Both the position numbers and the translations under genes were made by a program. The notes below the pieces were generated by a model. The model saw nothing but the letters and a program-made list of their open reading frames with translations. It was not told the origin of the DNA and ran no database searches. From an uncultured Desulfospira sp. (GTDB lineage: Bacteria; Desulfobacterota; Desulfobacteria; Desulfobacterales; Desulfobacteraceae), in the NCBI GenBank assembly GCA_963663165.1, contig OY760175.1, forward strand, positions 5,248,001-5,312,000: a stretch of 64,000 nt of DNA. Reading direction: 5' to 3'. How positions within the stretch are numbered: position 1 is the stretch's first letter; each line of letters starts with the position of its first letter. Below, piece after piece: positions 9,462-20,263 of the stretch.

Positions 9462-10541
9462 ATGAACCGGAAAAAAGATGCCCCCCTTGTGATTCCGGTT
9501 TTTATTCCCCATTCAGGATGTCCCCATCGTTGCGCCTTCTGCGATCAGTCCATTATTACCGGGCAGGCGTGTTCGTCTCTGGAACCCATTGATTTAAAGT
9601 CAATTATTGAACAATACCTTAAGTTCAGGGGCGACCGCTCAAGGGTGGAGCTGGCCTTTTTCGGAGGGAACTTTCTCGGGCTTGACCCCCGGGAAATGAT
9701 CGGGCTCCTGGAACAGGCCGCACCGTTTATAAAGGACGGCCTTATTCATGGGATCCGATGCTCTACCCGGCCTGATACCATTACCCCCAAAACCCTGGAC
9801 ATCATCAGTCCCTATGGGGTGTCCCTGGTAGAACTCGGGGTTCAGTCCATGGATGATGCCATTCTATCCCGTCTCCATCGCGGACATACCGGGGATCATA
9901 CCCGTAAGGCCCTTGGGCTGCTCAAACAATATGGCATTCAAAGCGGGGTCCAGGTTATGGTGGGACTGCCCGGGGAGGCCCGGGAGGGGGTGGTCAACGG
10001 GGTCAGGGAACTGACAGCCTTTGAGCCAAAGACCGCCAGGATTTATCCTCTTGTGGTTCTTAAGGGAAGTCTTCTGGCCAAATGGTACCGGGACAAAACC
10101 TTTACCCCGATTTCTCTTGACCAGGCCGTTGAGCGATCAAAATTAATTTATCAGATCTTTACCATTGCCGGTGTAAAGGTAATCCGCATGGGGCTTCAGG
10201 CTTCGGAGGTCATGGATGATCCTGGCAAGGTTCTGGCCGGCCCCTGGCATCCGGCATTCGGTCACCTGGTACTGTCCTCGCTGTGTTACGACCGGGTCAG
10301 GGCCCGGCTGGCATCTGTTCTGGACGAGGTTCCAGTTCCAGAAAAAGGGGGACGGGTTACCATTACCGTCCATCCCAGATCTGAATCCAGGCTGAGGGGA
10401 GATAAAAATTACAATATCCAAAAGCTTATGAAAGCGTATCCCGGTAACGGCTTTTCCATTGCCACATCTTCACAGCTCTCCCTTGATGGGTTCCATTTGA
10501 ATGTAGAGCCCAAGGGTCATGGTGCGGCAAATCGGGGTTAA
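9462..10541 (+). CDS. Radical SAM protein (Elp3/YhcC-like)
   Basis: CPHRCAFC, FFGGNF, STRPD, ELGVQS, GPWHPAFG; this family is often next to rnc. Confidence 0.9.
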   Translation: MNRKKDAPLVIPVFIPHSGCPHRCAFCDQSIITGQACSSLEPIDLKSIIEQYLKFRGDRSRVELAFFGGNFLGLDPREMIGLLEQAAPFIKDGLIHGIRCSTRPDTITPKTLDIISPYGVSLVELGVQSMDDAILSRLHRGHTGDHTRKALGLLKQYGIQSGVQVMVGLPGEAREGVVNGVRELTAFEPKTARIYPLVVLKGSLLAKWYRDKTFTPISLDQAVERSKLIYQIFTIAGVKVIRMGLQASEVMDDPGKVLAGPWHPAFGHLVLSSLCYDRVRARLASVLDEVPVPEKGGRVTITVHPRSESRLRGDKNYNIQKLMKAYPGNGFSIATSSQLSLDGFHLNVEPKGHGAANRG

Positions 10542-10663
10542 CCGCCAATCACCGACTTTTTGCGGGAGCCCCCGGATTTGCCTTTAATTGAAGAAGCAGG
10601 TATAAGCTTTGATGGCTCAATCGCAATTGAAGGAAACCAAAACCCATAACCAGCGGATTTACG

Positions 10664-13038
<2,375 letters not shown>

Positions 13039-13209
13039 TAATATTTGAGGGAAGATACCATTCTCATTTGTATCGATAATTTGCAACACAATCAGCTAAA
13101 ACAAGATATATTAATGGAATAGCGCCATAGCAATCAATTTGGTTGCAGTAAAGCACCTGCGGTTGGAAGAACACGCTCACCAACAGGCGTCAATCCCGAT
13201 TTTGGAAGT

Positions 13210-13249
13210 AAAAAAGCCGGGTTTTATACGAGGACGTATAAAACCCGGC
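13210..13249 (-). terminator. Intrinsic terminator after istB
   Basis: 15-bp stem GCCGGGTTTTATACG/CGTATAAAACCCGGC with a U6 tail on the minus strand. Confidence 0.8.
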
Positions 13250-13265
13250 AGATGTGAAGAGATGG

Positions 13266-14054
13266 TTATTGGGGTATGGACTGGGGATTAGTAGTGTTCG
13301 TTGTGTTGGGACCTTCCGTTCGATAACTGAGTCCGTCCCGGATATTAATGATGTGAACATTGTGCATCAATCGATCGATAATGGCATGAGTTACAACCGG
13401 ATCTCCCAGAGTCGTCCCCCAATCCTCAAGACTGATTGAAGATGTGGCAATAAAGGCGGTATCGTCCTGGCAGACGCTGATCAAATCCAGCAGCAGGCTG
13501 GGATATTCCGGCTTTGTGCGGATACCGCCCACATTATCTATGATCAGAAGATCAAAACGGCTTAAGCCGGCGACCACCTCATCGGTGGATTCGTCAGCCA
13601 ATGACGTATACAGCATGGCCAGAAGTTTTTGCAGGGAAAAAAATCGAACCTTATAACCCGCACGGCAGGCCTGGTCGCCAAGGGCTGAGGCAATATGAGT
13701 TTTGCCCGTGCCGGTTTTCCCAAAAATAAGCAGCGGCTGCTTTCGATCCACAAAGGATAGCTCCATCAGATCTTTGAGGTGCTCTACATTCAGGCTTGGC
13801 TGGAAGTTAAAATCAAAGTTATCAAAGGTCATGTTTCTGGGGAAATCCGCTGTTTTTAGCCGCTTTTCAAGGGATCGGTGCTTTCTTGCCTTCATCTGTA
13901 CGTCCACGATGTCGGCCAGGAACGCCAAATGACCGGATTGATTTTTCTGCGCCTTGGCAAGGGCCTGCTCCAGATATTGGGCCATATCCTTGAGATAAAG
14001 CTTGCGCAGTTTCTTTTTAACCTGGTCGCTTAAGTTTTCATTCATCCTTGCCAT
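13266..14054 (-). CDS. istB: IS21 helper AAA+ ATPase IstB (atypical Walker B)
   Basis: FDNFDFNFQP, GKTGTGKTH, LLIIDNVG, IIDRLMH, GLSYR. Confidence 0.92.
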   Translation of the reverse strand: MARMNENLSDQVKKKLRKLYLKDMAQYLEQALAKAQKNQSGHLAFLADIVDVQMKARKHRSLEKRLKTADFPRNMTFDNFDFNFQPSLNVEHLKDLMELSFVDRKQPLLIFGKTGTGKTHIASALGDQACRAGYKVRFFSLQKLLAMLYTSLADESTDEVVAGLSRFDLLIIDNVGGIRTKPEYPSLLLDLISVCQDDTAFIATSSISLEDWGTTLGDPVVTHAIIDRLMHNVHIINIRDGLSYRTEGPNTTNTTNPQSIPQ

Positions 14055-15540
14055 CCATTGTTTTTCTGTTAATCAGGTGGTCATACCTTTGTGGGTTATC
14101 CTGCTCCACTGAACAGGATTTCAAATAGCTCCGGGTGTTGTTGGGCAGACCTTTTCCGGCTTTTGTTTTGTTTGAAGCTTTAATGTTTTTCCCCTGGATG
14201 ATACGCAGGACGGCATCAGCACTAAATGAGTCAAACCGCGTGGCATGAGCTAATGCCCCTGAGACCACATCCGCACCATAGCGGTCGGCATATTTGAGGA
14301 TACGGCCCATATGGTACCCGGCAGCGCTTTTCCGGGTTTCTTTCAATCCGTTATAATAGACCTGCGCCACCTCACCCAATCTCAAAAAGGCATCTTTGAG
14401 CAATTGACTCTGGCCTGTCATCTTCCTGTACAGGGCTTCATGTTCAGGCAACACCTGCCTGTCTTCTTGAGTGTAAACATGCCGGCAATCCATCGTTTCA
14501 TCACACCATATTTCAATGTGATCACGGAACAAACGGACCTGGACATAACGGCCTATCAGTTCAGGATTGGCAGAGTATCGTTTTTTGTCGATGGTGACAC
14601 AAAAATCAACGTTAACAAGTCGACGTACTTCCTTAAAAAATTGATCCGTTTTATTCCATGGCACAGGCTTTAACAGACTTTTTTCCCTTGCCAGGCGATC
14701 CACAGGCCTTTCCCGGGTGGTACCGTGGATACGGACATTGGCTGTGTTCGCCCGCCAGGCATCGGCCTTGTTATTGAGATCCTCAAGATCAATAAATTCT
14801 TTGCCTCTAAGGAAATTGTCTTCAATATACCGGAACGGCCGCTCTACCTTGCCGTGTCGTTCCTTTTTGCCGGGTAGAAGGATGACGATCTCAAAGTCAT
14901 ACTCCTGGGCAAACCGTTTAAATACCGGATTGATCCAAACGGTTCCGGGGCCCGTGTGCCTGCCCACCGTGGTCATATTGTCATAGGTGATTTTGTGGGG
15001 AACCGCCCCGATCTCGTCAAACGCCTCTTCATGCAACCGGATCACTGATTCTATAGTTTCATCAAAAAAGTGACGTATAAATATCCAACGACTGAAGCAC
15101 AATACAAAAGATCCGGTATGCACCACCACGCGTTGTCCACCCATGTACACACTATGAGGACTCCAGTCCATCTGCCCCTCATCTCCAGGGGCATGATCAA
15201 TTGGAGGCCTGGGCACCTTCAAGCCTTTGGGCCGGATTATTCTGATATACTCCTTGAGGATGGAGTATCCGCCCGTGTACCCCAACAACGTGATCTCTTC
15301 CAACACCCGAACCCCGCTGAGATGTTTTTCTTTTACAAGGTAACCGATTTTGGCCTTGTAAGGATCAAGTTTGCTTTTGCGGGGACTGGTTTGAGGCGCA
15401 TTAATAACATTGTTGCAGCCCAATGCCCTGCGCACTGCCTTGCGGCTGTGCCCGGTCTGTTTTGCTGTCTGACGGATGGATGCTGTGCGCCCAAAGACTT
15501 TACGAATACGTTCCTGTTCCTTTTCACTCAACCGGCTCAT
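14038..15540 (-). CDS. istA: IS21 DDE transposase IstA
   Basis: N-terminal HTH, GYTGGYSILK, GQMDW, YDNM, GKVERPF, RIHGTTRERP. Confidence 0.95.
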   Translation of the reverse strand: MSRLSEKEQERIRKVFGRTASIRQTAKQTGHSRKAVRRALGCNNVINAPQTSPRKSKLDPYKAKIGYLVKEKHLSGVRVLEEITLLGYTGGYSILKEYIRIIRPKGLKVPRPPIDHAPGDEGQMDWSPHSVYMGGQRVVVHTGSFVLCFSRWIFIRHFFDETIESVIRLHEEAFDEIGAVPHKITYDNMTTVGRHTGPGTVWINPVFKRFAQEYDFEIVILLPGKKERHGKVERPFRYIEDNFLRGKEFIDLEDLNNKADAWRANTANVRIHGTTRERPVDRLAREKSLLKPVPWNKTDQFFKEVRRLVNVDFCVTIDKKRYSANPELIGRYVQVRLFRDHIEIWCDETMDCRHVYTQEDRQVLPEHEALYRKMTGQSQLLKDAFLRLGEVAQVYYNGLKETRKSAAGYHMGRILKYADRYGADVVSGALAHATRFDSFSADAVLRIIQGKNIKASNKTKAGKGLPNNTRSYLKSCSVEQDNPQRYDHLINRKTMDGKDE

Positions 15541-16360
15541 GGTGCCCTCCTATCAACTCATTGAGCCGTTTCATCCGGGCACCGGCCCGCCCTATAAAGT
15601 CTTTAAGGGCGCAGACCTTGGAACCATTGATCGTGCCGCTGCCAATGCAGTTGTTCAGCTTGGACATTTTTGAAAGAATGGCATCAATAATCAAATAATA
15701 ATTTTCCTTGTCCCGGCTTACGGACTCCAGCGCTTGCCTGGGAGATTCAAGCAGGTGGCGCCTGGCTCCGGGATCACTGGTCTTGCACCACAGGTCCACC
15801 AGACGGTTCACCTCCCGGGTTTTAAGGTTGTGTTTTTGAATACAAAGAGAAAAATCGGCCTGGGTTGCAGGCTGCAACCGCGCCAGTGACGGACCGACCC
15901 CGGCAGGGAGCAGCCCAAGTTTGATATCGTGGACAATTTCCGGGGTCAGGCTGCGGATCATGGAAAGCCGTCGGCAAACCCAGCTTTTATGCCGCTCAAG
16001 GAGTATCGCCGCTTCAACCTGATTGAGCCCTTCTATTTCTACAAGTTCCCAGACCACCAGGGCCTCCATGATCGTGGAAAACCCATCCGGGCGGTTCAGA
16101 AGGTAGAGCAATGCCTTGGCTTCTGCAGCACTTTTTTTCAACACAGCCACTTTAAGCGTCTTCATGCCAAGAAGGCCTGCACAGCGATGCCGCTTGAAAC
16201 CGTCTATTAAAATATGGCAACCTCCTTGCTCAACCGCAACAACAGCCGTTAATTGGCCATGCTTGACTAATGAAGCCGCCATCTTTTCCTGGGCACCGGC
16301 GTGGACCGGCCGCAGGAATCCCAGACGTAAATCCAATTGGTCCGGACGCAGGTTAATCAT
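15524..16360 (-). CDS. ParB/Spo0J-like protein (ParB N-domain plus HTH) inside the IS
   Basis: MAASLVKHGQLTAV...LIDGFKRHRCA (GxxR) and GLNQVEAAILLERHKSWVCRRL (HTH); overlaps istA by 17 nt. Confidence 0.8.
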   Translation of the reverse strand: MINLRPDQLDLRLGFLRPVHAGAQEKMAASLVKHGQLTAVVAVEQGGCHILIDGFKRHRCAGLLGMKTLKVAVLKKSAAEAKALLYLLNRPDGFSTIMEALVVWELVEIEGLNQVEAAILLERHKSWVCRRLSMIRSLTPEIVHDIKLGLLPAGVGPSLARLQPATQADFSLCIQKHNLKTREVNRLVDLWCKTSDPGARRHLLESPRQALESVSRDKENYYLIIDAILSKMSKLNNCIGSGTINGSKVCALKDFIGRAGARMKRLNELIGGHHEPVE

Positions 16361-16775
16361 TTGGACCTCCGGCTATATTGAGGCTTTTTTGAAAAATCTC
16401 CCCGATTGAGATAAGGCCACTGCCGCCGGTGGGTTGCTTAGGCGCCTTGGACGTCGGTGCTGCAACATTTTTTTTGGGAAGGGAAAGCACTTGAAACAGT
16501 CGGCCGTCAAAGGCTATGAGATCTTTATCAATGAGCCCGTTCCTGGCCTGGATATATTCGTCCAGGCGGATGGCCGTCAATGAACAGATTTTATCATAGC
16601 CGTAATAAGACATTCCCTGACGATCTGCCACCATCACCAGAAAAAGGTACAGCACAAGCTCCTGGTGGTTCAGGCTGCCCCAATACCCCTGGCGGATAAA
16701 CCGGTGGCTTATCCATGCGAAACTGCCGTTAATTTTTCTAATTCGATGGTCCTTCAACGGTTCCTTGGTAATCAT
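16353..16775 (-). CDS. Winged-HTH-like protein inside the IS
   Basis: AAGGAGG RBS; LYLFLVMVADRQGMSYYGYDKI...ARNGLIDKDLI resembles replication-initiator-type wHTH. Confidence 0.65.
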   Translation of the reverse strand: MITKEPLKDHRIRKINGSFAWISHRFIRQGYWGSLNHQELVLYLFLVMVADRQGMSYYGYDKICSLTAIRLDEYIQARNGLIDKDLIAFDGRLFQVLSLPKKNVAAPTSKAPKQPTGGSGLISIGEIFQKSLNIAGGPND

Positions 16776-17208
16776 TTTTACCCTCCTTGGAAATATAATG
16801 ATGAAAATTGTCGCCTGAATACCGTCTGCCATATCCCCGCCGGGGGAATTGATCTACAATCAGACCTTTTCTTCCGCAAAAACAGCAGCATGGATGGGAA
16901 GACGGAGGCGTTACCCGAAGACTATCATTGGATTTGGAGGGTGTTGAAGTGTCATCATCCACGGTTTTTTGAGAATTTCTTAATCTCCGCTCTTTTTCCT
17001 GCCGACGATGGGCTAACTTACCTTTTTCAGTTTGTCGATATTTCTTCTGGGCGTTACGGTGAGCTTCTCTTTGAGCAGTTTCCCGACAGGATTCACAGCA
17101 ATAAATCTGTCCACGCCAGCAACTGTGGCAGATATAAAAAATGCTGCCGCATCGTTTACACTGGATTTCTTTTAATAAAACGATCTCCACATTTTCCGTT
17201 CTTGCCAT
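16738..17208 (-). CDS. Cys-rich putative zinc-finger protein inside the IS
   Basis: CKRC..CHSC..YCCESC, a basic helix, then CCCFCG. Confidence 0.65.
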   Translation of the reverse strand: MARTENVEIVLLKEIQCKRCGSIFYICHSCWRGQIYCCESCRETAQREAHRNAQKKYRQTEKGKLAHRRQEKERRLRNSQKTVDDDTSTPSKSNDSLRVTPPSSHPCCCFCGRKGLIVDQFPRRGYGRRYSGDNFHHYISKEGKNDYQGTVEGPSN

Positions 17209-18572
17209 AAAACGGAAGCCGTGATTATATGAAGATGTTGGGTAGCTTCCGTATTTTATATGGATGTCTGCTTTTTGAAGGCTCGAAGCGGCCTACTTCG
17301 AGCCTTCCTTATTTTTCAAATCCATCCAAGAAACAAAACCAAATTCAAAGAAAAAAAGGAAGAAAATATATTTTTAAAATATGGGATGAAGAAGAGACAA
17401 AGTAAAAAGGATGGAGGCTTTGTTACCGGCTAAAGGGGTGGCCTGCTTCATCGCCATAGGTGGGGACGGTTACGACCGGCGGTAACAATATATCCGCTAT
17501 AAAGCACGCTGGGGAAAGCCTGCTGACACTGATCAATGACATTCTGGACCTGTCCAAAATAGAGGCAGATAAACTTGAAATAAAATATACCTATTTAAAT
17601 ATTAAAAAACTTCTGGATGAAGTGGAACAGATCTTTGCGGTCCAGTCGGCAGATAAGAATCTTTCTTTTATGATTGATATCAGCCAGGACCTGCCGGATA
17701 CCCTTCTGTTAGATGAGATCCGTTTAAGGCAGGTGCTTTTCAATATAGTCGGCAATGCAGTTAAATTCACACACAAAGGGTATATAAAGCTGTCGGCCCG
17801 TGTTGCCGTGAAAAAAAATGACCACATTGATATGCTGATATCGGTTGAGGATACGGGTGTGGGAATACAAGAGGATGAACTTGAATGTGTTTTTGATGCA
17901 TTTAAACAAAGCTTGGGGCAGGATTCATCAACATTCGGGGGAACCGGGCTGGGGCTGACGATTTCAAAAAGACTGGTTAAAATGATGAACGGGCAAATCA
18001 GGGTAAAGAGTAAACCCAATTCCGGAAGCGTATTTTCCATCACCCTGAAGGATGTTGAATTCAGCCGTGACCCGGTACGATCTGTCCGAGGGTATGCATG
18101 TGACCCGGTAAAATTCAAATCCCGTAAAATTCTGGTGGTCGATGATGCAACATCAACCACTGATTTTCTCAAGGCACTTCTTGGCAGATCAAACCTTGAG
18201 GTGCAAACGGCCGAAAACGGGAAGGAAGCTGTTGCCATGAGTGAACAAATTCTGCCGGCAGTCATATTAATGGATATCCGGATGCCTGTAATGGATGGAT
18301 TTGAAGCAGCCCGCATCATTAAATCCAATCCGGTTACCAGGCAGATCCCCATTATGGCTGTCACGGCTTCAAATCCATCCGAGAATTTTTTAAAACCCTT
18401 TGACTCAGTTTTTGATGCGTGGCTTTTCAAGCCTGTCAGAACCCATGAGTTGATTTCTCATTTAAAAAAGTATCTGCCGGTTGAACCCTTTGAATTTGAA
18501 AAGAAAAAGGCCCCATCCTCAAAATCAGAATGGTTTGATTATACGGAAGACAGTTTAAAATCCATATCTGAT

Positions 18573-18943
18573 GAGAGTGATCACGATATTTGATGGAAAG
18601 AGGCTTTATTTTTTGCAAGCTATCTTATGGAAATTTTTCACTCCCTTTGTCGTTCCTCATTTTTCACTATACTTTAGGGCCGATCGGTCCTCCTTCCGTT
18701 AACTTGAAAGAATCAACGATAAATGAGGGATAGATTTTTTGAATTAGATTTAATTACAGGTAGATATAAAATTCTTAGAGCGTACCACCCCTCCCTTGGG
18801 TATCGTAAAAATTTGCTGGTTTGAGACATTTTTATCAACTTTCCCATCTACCCATGGGGGGTGGTGTGTCAAGCTATTGTTTCTTCTCCTCAGTTCCACC
18901 AAATAGCATGAAAACGTGTCCATCAAATATCGTGATTGCTCTC
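18573..18943. mobile_element. 371-bp non-autonomous element (MITE)
   Basis: 25-bp TIRs GAGAGTGATCACGATATTTGATGGA (2 mismatches); 7-bp TSD ATCTGAT; no transposase. Confidence 0.92.
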
Positions 18944-19203
18944 ATCTGATAGCTTATTAAGCATGCTACAGAGCAATTTTATGGCCCAGTGGCAAAATAT
19001 AAAAGACCGGCTCCCCATGGAGGAGGTCAAACAATTTGCAAATGCGTTGAACCAGCTTGGTATCGAGCACAATGCCCCTATGGTTGAAACCTATGGCCGG
19101 AACCTGGCCGGCCATGTCGATAATTTTGATATAACCATGATGCAGCGGTTTGTTGATGAATTCCCTGAGATGATACAAAACATACAGACTTGGAAAATGG
19201 ATA

Positions 19204-19782
19204 ATGCCTTTACCCAATGACATAAAACCGTTTTTAATTTTGATTGTCGATGACGAACCCCGGAACATCCAGATGCTCGGGAGTATCCTTAAATCCAACG
19301 GATATAGGACTGAATTTGCCACCAATGGCGAAAAAGCACTTGACTGGCTGAAGCACAAAGAATTTGACCTGATATTACTGGATATTATGATGCCGGGAAT
19401 GGATGGTTATGAGGTATGTAAAAAGATCAAGGCAAATAAATACATTTCCCATATTCCGATTATTTTTTTGTCTGCCAAGACAGAAAGTGAAGATATTGTA
19501 AATGCCTTCAGTGCCGGTGGAACGGATTATGTTACCAAACCGTTTAATACGCCGGAACTGTTGGCAAGAATAAAAACTCATGTGGAAATAAAAACTTTAC
19601 GGGGACTGATTCCCATTTGTGTCAATTGCAAGAAGCTAAAAAATAAAGAAGGTGTATGGCAACAGATTGAAGCTTACTTTCATGCCCACACAGACGCGCT
19701 GTTAAGCCATGGTCTTTGCCATGAGTGTGCAGAAAAATTATACGGCAGCGAACAATGGTATAAGGACAGGAAGGGAGAATAA
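19204..19782 (+). CDS. Response regulator with a C-terminal Cys/His metal-binding motif
   Basis: ILIVDD, LLDIMMP, KPF; PICVNCKK...SHGLCHEC. Confidence 0.9.
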   Translation: MPLPNDIKPFLILIVDDEPRNIQMLGSILKSNGYRTEFATNGEKALDWLKHKEFDLILLDIMMPGMDGYEVCKKIKANKYISHIPIIFLSAKTESEDIVNAFSAGGTDYVTKPFNTPELLARIKTHVEIKTLRGLIPICVNCKKLKNKEGVWQQIEAYFHAHTDALLSHGLCHECAEKLYGSEQWYKDRKGE

Positions 19783-20166
19783 TTAGTGCCTGAACGGGAA
19801 CCCCGTATTTGAACAATAAATCAGCTATCCTCATTTTTTGACAAACAGTGGGCACAACAAGCGTGCTCAACCAATCCGGTTTATATCTATTCTTTTCTGA
19901 AAGGAAGCCCAGACAATAAAATTAGCCTTGACTAATTTTATTGAGGCATTAACTTTAGTTTGTCTGAATCGGTGAGCCATACCCATGGTTTGTAAATATC
20001 CGGTTCAGGTGGGGTTGAAAAACCCGTTTGCCAGGGCGCCAAAGCCGGGCAGGATATAGAATCGGGGGGATTTTTATATCTGTGTTCCCAGGCCCGGCAA
20101 TGGCACCCCTCTTTCCCGGACCATCTGTGAGTCACTGCCATGGGTGGTCCGGGTTTTCTTTAAAAA

Positions 20167-20250
20167 AGCTGTTAGCTATTAGCCTTTAGCGAACAACTGT
20201 AAAGGCTAATGCCTAATAGCTAATGGCTAACAACGGCTTAAGGCTAACAC
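20167..20250. repeat. GCTAACA/TGTTAGC heptamer-repeat hairpin
   Basis: Tandem 7-mers in inverted arms; relatives at 22685, 24396, 27259, 48262, 53031. Confidence 0.75.
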
Positions 20251-20263
20251 AGCCGAAGGCTGT

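Noticed and set aside
17460..18593. Independent kinase gene starting at 17460
   Set aside because: Its apparent start lies inside the IS end and it lacks the phospho-His box; it is the middle piece of the disrupted kinase.
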